A stretch of DNA of 64,000 nt from Gaiellaceae bacterium (GTDB taxonomy: Bacteria > Actinomycetota > Thermoleophilia > Gaiellales > Gaiellaceae): the NCBI GenBank assembly GCA_035653275.1, contig DASRCE010000002.1:13267-77266 (forward strand), given 5' to 3'. A program made the translations under genes and the position numbers. A model generated the notes under the pieces. The model did no database searches and had not been told where the DNA came from. It saw nothing but the letters and a program-made list of their open reading frames with translations. This document shows positions 45,438 through 54,020 of the stretch, piece after piece (position 1 is the stretch's first letter; each line of letters starts with the position of its first letter).

Positions 45438-48400
45438 GTGAGCGACGCAACCCAGGCGGTCCTCTTCAACGGCTTGCCGCTGCTGCTCCTCGCCGCCGCG
45501 TACGCGGCGGTGACCGGCGCCGTGCTGCCGGTGCTGTGGCGCGACCGCGCGACGGCGCACCCGCTCGACTGGGCGATCGTGCTGGTGTTCCCGGGGATCG
45601 CGATCGCGGCCGGGATCTTCGGGGTGCTCGTGATCCACGAGCGGCGGCCGTTCGGCGGCCACACGTGGATCTCGTTCGCCGCCTCGCTCGTCGCGCTCGC
45701 CCCGGTCGTGCCGATCCTCCTCCGGTGGCGTGAGCGGGCATTCGTCGCACGCGGCGTGAGCCGCTCCCTGGACGCCGAGGAGCGCGCGTCGACGCGCGAT
45801 CGCGAGATCGCGGCCGTCTCGCAGATCTCCGCCGCGCTGGCCCGTGCGCGCTCGCCGCTCGAGGTCGCGCGCCCGTTGACGGCCCACGTCGCGCGGCTGC
45901 TCGGGGTCGGCTTCGTCGGAATCGCCGTCGTCGACGACGACGGGGCGGAAGCCGAGGGTCTCTACGCGCTCGCGCACGGCGAGGAAGCGGGATGGTGGAC
46001 GGGCATCCGGACCGACCTACGCCACGAGCCGTCCGGCATCGCGAGCGCGTACTTCGACGCGGCGCCCGTGACCGTCTACGACGTGTCGAGCTCGCCGCTC
46101 GTGAGCGCGCGGCTGGCGAAGCTCGTCGGTGCCTACAGCGGCGCCTGGGTCCCGATGATCGCGGAGGAGCGCGTCGTCGCCGTACTCGCGCTCGCGTCGA
46201 CCGACGACAAGCGCACGTTCGCGAACGACGAGCTGTCGCTGTTGCAGGCGGTCGCCGCCGAGGGCGCGCTGGCGCTCGAGCGGCTGCGTTCGGCCAGCGC
46301 GCTCTCCGACGCGCTTCAGCGCGAGCAACGTGCGGCGGAGATCGTCCGCCGCGTGCGCGCGGAGCTCGAGCCCGACGACGTCGTGCGCGTCGCGCGCGAC
46401 GAGCTTCGTGCTGCGTTGAGGCTCGACGCCGTCGCCGTCGACGTCTCCGGCGGCGAGGCGGTCGTCGACGCGCGGCGGGCTCTCCCGCTGACGAGCGACG
46501 AGCAGCACCTCGTCGAGACGGTGCGGTACGAGGTCGGCGCGGCCGTGCGCACGGCGGGGCTCCTCGCCGAGAACCGCCGCCGGCTGGCGCAGCAGGCGGC
46601 GCTGCTTCACGCAGCACAGGTGGTGACGAGCGAGCTCGAGCTCGACGCCGTTCTCGACCGGCTCGTGGAGGAGGTGACGAAGCTGCTGGACGCAGACGCG
46701 GCCGACTGCTACCTCCTCGACCGCGAGCGGAACGTCCTCCGCTGCGCGGCGGTGTACGGGCTCTCGCCGGAGCTCGTGGGGTTCGAGTTCACGCCGGAGC
46801 ACGGCGTGGCGGGCGCGGCGATCGTCGCGATGCGCCCCGTCGCCGTCGACGACTACCAGACGATCGCGGCGCCGGTACCGAACACCGCGTACGAGGGCTT
46901 CTCGCGCGCCCTCGTGGCGCCGATGGTCTGGTCGGGCGAGACGCTGGGCGTGATCGGCGTCGGCGTGCACAACGCGTCGCGGTCCTTCGACGACCGCGAC
47001 GAGGAGCTGCTCGACGCGTTCGCGTCCCTCGCGTCGCTCGCCCTCCGCAACGCCGAGAGCTTCGAAGAGCGCTCGCGCCAGGCGCGCGTGCAGCGCGGCT
47101 TCTACCGCATCGCGTCGCTGCTCGGGGAGCCGCTGTCGTTGGCGGAGGCGTACGACGCGGCCGCGCAGGCCGCCGCCGAGGCGCTCGGCGCGGACTTCGC
47201 GGCCGTCGTCGCCCAGGGCGCCGGCGGCCTCGCGGTCGTCGGCGGCTACGAGCTGCCGCCGGAGGTGCGCGGGCTGCCGATCGCGCGCGCGCTCCTCGAC
47301 GCGGCCGAGGACGGGCACGTTCTCGCTGCGCCTTCGGTCGCCGGCGACGAGCGCTTCGCCGAGGCGTGGCCGGACGTGCCGTTCGCGTCGCTGCTCGCGA
47401 TCCCGGTGCGCGAGCAGGCCGGGCTCGTGCTCGTCTTCTTCAGCGAGGAGCGCAGGTTCGTCCGCGACGACCTCGAGCTCGCGCAGCATCTCGCGGGCGC
47501 GGCACGAGGCGCTCTCGAGCGGAGCCGGTTGTTCGAGGGGGAACGGACGGCGCGCTCGCTCTCGCAGCAGCTGGCGCGCACGGGCAGCCTGCTCGCCACC
47601 GAGCTGGACCCGGCCGCCGTGCTCGAGGCGGTCGTGTCGGAGGCCGCGGAGCTCCTGCACGCGGACGCGGCGGCGCTCGCGTCGCAGGACGAGGACGAGC
47701 TCGTGATCACGGCGGCCGTCGGAGACGGGGCCGACGAGGCGCTCGGCGTGCGTACGTCTGCGACGGCGTGGCCCGCGGGGGACGTCGTGCAGTCGCGGGC
47801 GCCGGTGGCCTACGACGACGCGACGCAGCACGAGACGCTCGCGGAGTCGGACGTCTTCCTCGCGGCCGGTCACGTCGCCTACCTCGGCGTCCCGCTCCGC
47901 GCCCGCGAGGGCGGCACCCACGGTGTCCTGTCGGTGTACACGCGCAACGCGCGCGCGTGGCGCGACGAGGAGATCGAGGCGCTGGTCGCGCTCGCGGCGA
48001 ACGCGTCCGTGGCGCTGACGAACGCCGAGCTGTACCAGCGCGTCGCGCTCGAGCGCGAGCAGAGCGTCGCGATCCTCGCGAACATCGCCGACGGGATCGT
48101 CGCGGTGGACCGCGACGGCCACGTCGTGCTGTGGAACCGAGCAGCCGAGGAGATCACCGGCGTCCCGGCAGTCGAGGCGATCGGACGCACGCCGTCGCAG
48201 GTTCTGCAGCGCGAGCTCCAGTCGGAGCTCGGAGGGACGAACCGGCTCGTCGCGATCTCGCGCGGCGGCGAGGACGTCTGGCTGTCGCTCTCGGAGGCGG
48301 TCATGCGCGACCCGAGCGGCGCGGTGGCGGGTCGTATCTTCGCCTTCCGTGACATCTCGGCCGAGCACGCCGTGGAGCAGATGAAGTCCGACTTCGTCTC

Positions 48401-49049
48401 GACCGTCTCGCTCGAGCTGCGCACGCCGCTGACGTCGATCTACGGGTTCGCGCAGACGCTGCTCCGCGACGACGTCGCGTTCTCCGACATCGAGCGCAAG
48501 ACGTTCCTCGAGTTCATCGCGCGCGAGTCGGAGCGCCTGACGACGATCGTCGACGCGCTCCTCAACGCGGCCCGCCTCGACACCGGCGACCTCGCGGTGT
48601 CGCTCGAGCCGACCGACGTCGCTGCGGTCGTCGCCGACGTCGCCGCGAACGCCTCCGCGTCGCCGAACGGTCACCGGTTCGTCACCGAGGTGAACGGCGA
48701 CGACTGCCGCGCGCAGGCGGACCCGGAGAAGCTCCGACAGGTCCTCGACCAGCTCGTGTCGAACGCCGTCAAGTACTCGCCGGAAGGCGGGACGGTGACG
48801 ATCTCGGCGACGCGGCGCGCTGACGCAGTCGAGGTCGCGGTCGCGGACGAGGGCGTCGGGATCCCGCCGTCGGAGCGCGACCGGATCTTCTCGAAGTTCT
48901 ACAAGGCGGGCGGCGGGCCCGGGACCGGGCTGGGCCTGTTCATCGCGCGCGGGCTCGTGCGGGAGATGGGCGGCCGGATGTGGGTGGAGTCGCAGGAGGG
49001 CACCGGCTCGCGCTTCGCGTTCGAGCTTCCGCCCGCGGAGGATGTGTGA
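45438..49049 (+). CDS. Membrane-anchored multi-GAF/PAS sensor kinase homologue lacking the H-box histidine
   Basis: N-terminal TM helices, about 4-5 GAF-like regions and one PAS domain. The HisKA block reads FVSTVSLELRTPLTSIYGF, where Leu codon CTC replaces the phospho-acceptor His. N, G1, F and G2 boxes are intact. Confidence 0.9.
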   Translation: MSDATQAVLFNGLPLLLLAAAYAAVTGAVLPVLWRDRATAHPLDWAIVLVFPGIAIAAGIFGVLVIHERRPFGGHTWISFAASLVALAPVVPILLRWRERAFVARGVSRSLDAEERASTRDREIAAVSQISAALARARSPLEVARPLTAHVARLLGVGFVGIAVVDDDGAEAEGLYALAHGEEAGWWTGIRTDLRHEPSGIASAYFDAAPVTVYDVSSSPLVSARLAKLVGAYSGAWVPMIAEERVVAVLALASTDDKRTFANDELSLLQAVAAEGALALERLRSASALSDALQREQRAAEIVRRVRAELEPDDVVRVARDELRAALRLDAVAVDVSGGEAVVDARRALPLTSDEQHLVETVRYEVGAAVRTAGLLAENRRRLAQQAALLHAAQVVTSELELDAVLDRLVEEVTKLLDADAADCYLLDRERNVLRCAAVYGLSPELVGFEFTPEHGVAGAAIVAMRPVAVDDYQTIAAPVPNTAYEGFSRALVAPMVWSGETLGVIGVGVHNASRSFDDRDEELLDAFASLASLALRNAESFEERSRQARVQRGFYRIASLLGEPLSLAEAYDAAAQAAAEALGADFAAVVAQGAGGLAVVGGYELPPEVRGLPIARALLDAAEDGHVLAAPSVAGDERFAEAWPDVPFASLLAIPVREQAGLVLVFFSEERRFVRDDLELAQHLAGAARGALERSRLFEGERTARSLSQQLARTGSLLATELDPAAVLEAVVSEAAELLHADAAALASQDEDELVITAAVGDGADEALGVRTSATAWPAGDVVQSRAPVAYDDATQHETLAESDVFLAAGHVAYLGVPLRAREGGTHGVLSVYTRNARAWRDEEIEALVALAANASVALTNAELYQRVALEREQSVAILANIADGIVAVDRDGHVVLWNRAAEEITGVPAVEAIGRTPSQVLQRELQSELGGTNRLVAISRGGEDVWLSLSEAVMRDPSGAVAGRIFAFRDISAEHAVEQMKSDFVSTVSLELRTPLTSIYGFAQTLLRDDVAFSDIERKTFLEFIARESERLTTIVDALLNAARLDTGDLAVSLEPTDVAAVVADVAANASASPNGHRFVTEVNGDDCRAQADPEKLRQVLDQLVSNAVKYSPEGGTVTISATRRADAVEVAVADEGVGIPPSERDRIFSKFYKAGGGPGTGLGLFIARGLVREMGGRMWVESQEGTGSRFAFELPPAEDV

Positions 49050-49080
49050 GGTTCCCCGCCTGCGAGGGATAAGAGGGCGA

Positions 49081-49530
49081 ATGGGAACGAACGCGACGCG
49101 TGTTCTCGTCATCGACGACGAGGCGCCGATCCGCTTGCTCTGCCGCGTGAACCTCGAGGCGGAGGGGATGGACGTGCTCGAGGCCGCCGACGGCCCGAGC
49201 GGGCTCGAGAAGGCACGCGCCGAGACGCCCGACGTCGTCCTCCTGGACGTGATGATGCCCGGCCTCGACGGCTGGCGCGTCGCAGAGGAGCTGCTCGACG
49301 ACCCGCGCACGGAGTCGATCCCGATCGTCTTCCTGACGGCGCGTGCGGAGCTGCGCGACCGCGCGCGCGGCATCGATCTCGGCGGCGTCGACTACGTGAC
49401 GAAGCCGTTCAACCCCGTCGAGCTCGCGCCGCTCGTCCGCGACCTCCTCGACCGGGTCGCGCGCGGCGAGCGGGACGCGCTGCGTCGCGAGAAGCTCACC
49501 GAGCTCCGCGCGCTCCTCGACCGCGAATGA
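49081..49530 (+). CDS. Single-domain response regulator (CheY-like receiver)
   Basis: VLVIDDE, LLDVMMPGLDG, FLTA, and KPF. AAGAGGG SD lies upstream of the ATG. Confidence 0.9.
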   Translation: MGTNATRVLVIDDEAPIRLLCRVNLEAEGMDVLEAADGPSGLEKARAETPDVVLLDVMMPGLDGWRVAEELLDDPRTESIPIVFLTARAELRDRARGIDLGGVDYVTKPFNPVELAPLVRDLLDRVARGERDALRREKLTELRALLDRE

Positions 49531-49534
49531 GCGC

Positions 49535-50479
49535 TCAGCGCGCCGTCTGAGCGAGCGCGATCGCGGCGAGCACGACCGCTGCGCCGACGAGCTGCAGGCC
49601 GTCGAGGGACTCCTTCAACCACGCCCAGCCGACGAGCGCGCCGACGACCGGCTCGAGCATCGCGACGATCCCGGCCGTGGTCGCGCTGATGTGCCGCAGC
49701 GCGCTCACGAGCAGGAAGAACGGCACGATCGTGCCGAGCACGACCATCCAGAGGGCGAGCAGCCAGACCGGCAGGTGGTGCGACGCGAGGCTGCCGCCGA
49801 GGCTCGCCTGGGCGGTGAGGGCGCTGCGCGGGAACGACCACCACGGGACGACGATCGCCCAGAAGAGCGATGCGAAGAGGAAGCCCCACGCGAGCAGCGA
49901 GACGGCGTCGCGCCCGCCGACGACGTGCTCGGCGAGCAGGACGTACAGCGCGTACGTGAACGCGCCGCCGAGCGCGAACAGCAGTCCGGCGGTCGAGAGC
50001 GACGCGCCGCCGAACACGTTCACGATCAGCGCGAGCCCTGCGAGCGCGAGGGCCAGCGCGACCCAGAGCCGCCGGCGCACGGCGGTGTGCTGGACGAACC
50101 GCGCCCAGAGCGCGACGAGGAGCGGCGCGAGGTACTGGACGAGCAGCGCGATCCCGATCGCCAGGCGGTGGATCGCCAGGAAGTAGAAGAACTGCACGAA
50201 CGCGAGACCGCCCATGCCGAACGCGACCAGGTACGGGAGCTCGCGCCGCGTCAGGCGGAGCCGCCCCGGCGCCGTCGCCGCGAGGATCGCCACCAGGCCG
50301 GCGGCGGCGCCGAGCGAGCGCACCTGCGCCAGACGCTCCGACGAGAGACCGGCTGCGAGGATCGTCTTCGAGACGCCGCCGTTCACGCCCCAGAGGACTG
50401 CGGCGACCGCAGCCATCAGGTAGCCGAGCCTCGGACGCCTGCGGCGTGCGGGCTCGACGGGAAAGGCTGCTTCGCTCAC
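49535..50479 (-). CDS. EamA/DMT family transporter
   Basis: Ten hydrophobic helices and two EamA-like halves. Confidence 0.85.
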   Translation of the reverse strand: MSEAAFPVEPARRRRPRLGYLMAAVAAVLWGVNGGVSKTILAAGLSSERLAQVRSLGAAAGLVAILAATAPGRLRLTRRELPYLVAFGMGGLAFVQFFYFLAIHRLAIGIALLVQYLAPLLVALWARFVQHTAVRRRLWVALALALAGLALIVNVFGGASLSTAGLLFALGGAFTYALYVLLAEHVVGGRDAVSLLAWGFLFASLFWAIVVPWWSFPRSALTAQASLGGSLASHHLPVWLLALWMVVLGTIVPFFLLVSALRHISATTAGIVAMLEPVVGALVGWAWLKESLDGLQLVGAAVVLAAIALAQTAR

Positions 50480-50544
50480 GGGCGGTATGCATACCGTTCG
50501 CCGGCGTCGCCTCGACGTGCGGGCGCGCGCCTACACTGCGGGCA

Positions 50545-50619
50545 CGGGACGTAGCTCAGCCTGGTCAGAGCGCCGCCTTTGGGAGGCGGAAGCCGTCGGT
50601 TCGAATCCGACCGTCCCGA
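50545..50619 (+). tRNA. tRNA-Pro (anticodon UGG)
   Basis: Hand-folded cloverleaf: acceptor CGGGACG/CGTCCCG, anticodon loop TTTGGGA, T-loop GTCGGTTCGAATCCGAC, discriminator A. Confidence 0.9.
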
Positions 50620-50631
50620 CTCGAAGAGCGG

Positions 50632-51843
50632 TCAGAGAAGCCAGTCGCCGCCGCGAAGGATCGGTACCGCTTCGCCCGACGTGCTGACTCCGTCGACCTC
50701 GAGGTCGCTCGAGCCGATCATGAAGTCGGTGTGGATCGACGAGTGGTTGACACCGCGCGCCGAGCGCTCGTCGGGGCCCAGCTCGCCCGCCCACGGCACC
50801 GCCTGCACGACGGCGGCGCCCAGCGCGATGTGCGACGAGGCGTTCTCGTCGAACAGCGTGTCGTAGAAGACGATCCCGGTCTCACCGACGGCCGAACGCC
50901 CGTCGACGAGGGCGACCTCGCCGAGCCGGGCAGCGCCGTCGTCGGTCGCGACGTGCGTCCGCATCACGTCCTCGCCCGACGCCGCGCGGACCTCGACGGC
51001 GCGTCCTCCCTCGAACCGCACCTCCAGATCGCGGACGATGTTGCCCTGGATCTGCAGCGGCAGCGTCGACCTGACCGTCCCGTCGACGCGCCTCGAGTCC
51101 GGGCTCGTGAAGACCTCCTCGGTCGGCATGTTGGCGACGTGGTCGATCCCGTTCGAGCGGTCGAGGGCCGCGAGCCACTCGCCCTCGGGGTGCAGCCCGA
51201 TCACGAGGTCGGTGCCGGGGCCGCGGTACCGGAGGTGGTCGAACCGACGCTCGCTGAGCGCGTGTGCGCGCGCCTGGAGGCGCTCGATGTGCTCCCGCCA
51301 CGCGCGGACCGGATCCGGCGCGTCGAGTCGCACGGCGTGCGCGACGGCCTCCCAGAGGCGACCGACGTCGGGGTCCCCGAATACCGCCTCGGCCCAGCCC
51401 TCGTTCGGATAGGCGACGATCGTCCAGTTGCAGAGGCCGTCGGTGAGCCTCAGGGAAGCCTCGGCGACGGCGCGCATGCGCGACCGGGCGACACGGGAGC
51501 CGTCGAGGTCGGCGTAGAGCTCCGGTTCGGGGTTTCCGGTGATCGCGAGCAGTGCCCCGCCGGTGCGTCCGAGCTCGTCGAGGCGCTGGACGAGCCACGG
51601 CGGTGAGAACCCGAGCGCGTCGTCGTCGGCGTTCTCGATGTGGGCGCGCCGGACGTGCTGGTCGGAGTAGAGGACGTCGACGTATCGCGCGCCGGCGGCG
51701 TACGCCTGGCGTGCGATCTCGCGCGCGAACGGCGCGTGCTCGAGGAGCGCGTTCACGGCGAGCGTCTGCCCGGGCTGGAGGTTCAGCCCCACCTCGACCG
51801 CGAGGCGCGCGTACTGCTCAAGGCGCTTGTCGACTTCAGGCAC
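50632..51843 (-). CDS. M29 family aminopeptidase (AmpS/PepS-like)
   Basis: NMPTEEVFTSP, the DENASSHIALG motif and HTDFMIG. GTG start at 51843 avoids overlap with the divergent lipoprotein gene. Confidence 0.85.
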   Translation of the reverse strand: MPEVDKRLEQYARLAVEVGLNLQPGQTLAVNALLEHAPFAREIARQAYAAGARYVDVLYSDQHVRRAHIENADDDALGFSPPWLVQRLDELGRTGGALLAITGNPEPELYADLDGSRVARSRMRAVAEASLRLTDGLCNWTIVAYPNEGWAEAVFGDPDVGRLWEAVAHAVRLDAPDPVRAWREHIERLQARAHALSERRFDHLRYRGPGTDLVIGLHPEGEWLAALDRSNGIDHVANMPTEEVFTSPDSRRVDGTVRSTLPLQIQGNIVRDLEVRFEGGRAVEVRAASGEDVMRTHVATDDGAARLGEVALVDGRSAVGETGIVFYDTLFDENASSHIALGAAVVQAVPWAGELGPDERSARGVNHSSIHTDFMIGSSDLEVDGVSTSGEAVPILRGGDWLL

Positions 51844-51904
51844 CGCCGCGGAACGATAACCGTCCGTGCTCGGGCCGCCGGGCCCCTCCGTACACTCCCA
51901 CGCC

Positions 51905-52294
51905 GTGAAGCCCGTGGTCGTCGCGATCCTCCTCGTGCTCCTTGTCGCGAGCTGCGGCAAGGGCAGTGTCAGGCTCTACACCGCGGCCGCGACGAAGGCG
52001 TGCCTGGAGAAGGCCGGTTTCCGGCCCAGGCCGGTCCCGACTACGGCCGATTTCGTCGCGAACTCCGCGACCGGAGGGGCGTTCCGCGTCGCGCTGCCCG
52101 GCAACAGCGTCACCGTCTCGTTCGGCGAGACGTTGACCGACGCCGACAACATCGACGACGCCTACCACCGCTTCCGCGCGAAGAACGTCGGCATCGAGGA
52201 CATCCTCCGCCGGAACCAGAACGCGATCATGCTCTGGCGCGTCCACCCGCAGGACGCAGACCTCGCGACGATCACGAACTGCCTCAAGAGCTAG
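51905..52294 (+). CDS. Small lipoprotein, function unknown
   Basis: Signal peptide with lipobox VKPVVVAILLVLLVASC. GTG start at 51905, alternative ATG at 51866. Confidence 0.7.
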   Translation: MKPVVVAILLVLLVASCGKGSVRLYTAAATKACLEKAGFRPRPVPTTADFVANSATGGAFRVALPGNSVTVSFGETLTDADNIDDAYHRFRAKNVGIEDILRRNQNAIMLWRVHPQDADLATITNCLKS

Positions 52295-53055
52295 TCGAGG
52301 GCGCCCTCTTCCGCCAGGAATCGGCGGAACCAGAGCAGGAAGACGACGAACAGGACGACCGCCTGCTCGCCGGCCATCGTGACGCCGGCGATCTGCTGGT
52401 CGGCGAGCGGGCTGAGGCCCCAGAGCCGCGGCCGCGCGTCGACGTAGTAGTCGTAGACCGGCTTCGGGAGGAGCGCGAGCAGCAGGCCTAGCGGCGAGGC
52501 GAGGACGAACGCCGAGAACGCGTAAGCCGCACGCCTGCCGGACGCCAGTCGGCGCGGGACGTCCTGCAGAAGCGGCCACCAGACGAGGAGCCCGGTGCCG
52601 AAGTAGCACGCATGCTCGAGGTGGATCAGCCACGACTGGTGCTCGAGCGCGTAGTCGTAGACCGGGGGCACGTGCCACGCGAAGTAGTCGGCGAGCCAGA
52701 GCGGCAGCGCGACGGCGGGATGGACCGCGACCCTCCACGCGCGGACACGTGCGGCCGCTGCGGCCATCGGCCGCGAGATGCCCAGCACCGCGAGCATGGG
52801 CGCCCACTCGGCGAGGATCACGTTCTGCAGCAGGTGCGCCGTCAGGAGGTTGTGGAGCCCGAGGTGGTGGAGCGGCGTCCAGAAGGCGACCGCCAGCAGC
52901 GCCATGGAGGAGGCGAAGCAGGCGAGCCGCCAGCGCGGCGGCGGTTCCGTACGCCCGATCGCGAACAGGTAGAGGAGGACGAGCGCCGGGATGACGACCG
53001 TCGTGTCGACATCCGCCTGCCACGCGTACGGCGAATGCGTGTGCGCGATCAGCAC
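52291..53055 (-). CDS. ctaG: Cytochrome c oxidase assembly factor CtaG (caa3 type membrane protein)
   Basis: Multi-TM protein with HHLGLHNLLTAHLLQN and HLEHACYF motifs. GTG start at 53055. Confidence 0.78.
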   Translation of the reverse strand: MLIAHTHSPYAWQADVDTTVVIPALVLLYLFAIGRTEPPPRWRLACFASSMALLAVAFWTPLHHLGLHNLLTAHLLQNVILAEWAPMLAVLGISRPMAAAAARVRAWRVAVHPAVALPLWLADYFAWHVPPVYDYALEHQSWLIHLEHACYFGTGLLVWWPLLQDVPRRLASGRRAAYAFSAFVLASPLGLLLALLPKPVYDYYVDARPRLWGLSPLADQQIAGVTMAGEQAVVLFVVFLLWFRRFLAEEGALD

Positions 53056-53071
53056 GAGCCGACTGCATATC

Positions 53072-53746
53072 TCAGTCGAGCCACTCCGGCCGGTCGAACC
53101 CGCCGAGCTCCTGGATCGACCCGTAGATCGTCTGCACGATCTCGGTGCTATGGACGACGAGCGCGCACGTCCCGTACGGCAGCTTGTTCTGCCGGTTCTT
53201 CTGGCTGTACTTCGAGTACCGGTTGACCGTGCTCTTGCGCAGGCACGCGCGAGGTAGCCCCAACCGCCGGAGCCAGAAGTCTTCGATCTCGCGCTGTCGC
53301 GCGATGTGGTCGGCGAAGAGATTGCACGCCACGCGGATGCGCTCATCCGCGACGTCGAAGTACCGGCGCAGCACGCCGAGGAAGTACGCCAGCATCTGTG
53401 GGTCGGAGTTCGTGAGCTTCAGGGCGTTTCGGCGCTTTGCGCCCTCGGCCCAGTAGAGGGCACAGGCAGCGGCGTACGACGCGTCGGCAGCGCCGAGCAG
53501 CCGTCGGCCGCGCGTCTGGTATTCGAGCCTGGTTGCGCGCGCCCTCGCCGCCTTCCGCTCTCCGGCGACGATCGGCCCCAGCCGCGCGCGCTCGATGAGC
53601 CGCGCGCGCTGGGCCGGTTGGAGCTCGATGTCCCGCACCCAGGTGCTCACCGACGCTCGGGACACGCCGAGAGCGCACTCGATCTCCTTGACGGACCATC
53701 CCTCGGCACGAAGCTCCCGCGCCGCTTCACGCTCTGCCGTTTTCAT
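53072..53746 (-). CDS. HTH-domain protein with a possible LAGLIDADG-like homing-endonuclease fold
   Basis: The N-terminus has the resolvase-type HTH GWSVKEIECALGVSRASVSTWVRDI. A later LYWAEGAK...LTNSDPQMLAYFLGVLRRYF segment resembles single-motif LAGLIDADG proteins. The ORF-track N-terminal extension would run through tRNA-Gly. Confidence 0.6.
   Translation of the reverse strand: MKTAEREAARELRAEGWSVKEIECALGVSRASVSTWVRDIELQPAQRARLIERARLGPIVAGERKAARARATRLEYQTRGRRLLGAADASYAAACALYWAEGAKRRNALKLTNSDPQMLAYFLGVLRRYFDVADERIRVACNLFADHIARQREIEDFWLRRLGLPRACLRKSTVNRYSKYSQKNRQNKLPYGTCALVVHSTEIVQTIYGSIQELGGFDRPEWLD
53084..53104. repeat. Partial copy of the tRNA-Gly T-arm/3' region
   Basis: CCGGCCGG--TCGAACC at 53086-53100 compared with CCGGCCGGAGTCGAACC at 53790-53806 (15 of 17 with a 2-nt gap). 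Confidence 0.35.
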
Positions 53747-53785
53747 CTCAGACAACGGTAGCGGCGCGAGCGGACGGAGCTCCAG

Positions 53786-53856
53786 AGCGCCCGGCCGGAG
53801 TCGAACCGGCGACCAGAGGGTGGAATCCTCTCGTGATACCGCTTCACCACGGGCGC
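53786..53856 (-). tRNA. tRNA-Gly (anticodon UCC)
   Basis: Hand-folded cloverleaf: GCGCCCG/CGGGCGC acceptor, anticodon loop ATTCCAC, T-arm GCCGGTTCGACTCCGGC, discriminator U. Confidence 0.9.
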
Positions 53857-54020
53857 GCGGTGGCGTCAGCGTAGCCCACGTCGCGTCGTGCGGAACAACG
53901 GAGTCCGGCACGTGGAGCGCGGTGGGGATGAAGCGTTACAAACTTGTCTGCCGCACCGTCGCGCGGCCGTAGCTGCCGCACTTCACGCGGCCTTCACGGC
54001 GGGTCCGGCATCGTGCCGCC

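Noticed and set aside
53747-53911. N-terminal extension of the HTH-protein ORF (start at 53911).
   Set aside because: It would be translated straight through the tRNA-Gly gene (53786..53856). The internal ATG at 53746 gives a normal HTH N-terminus.
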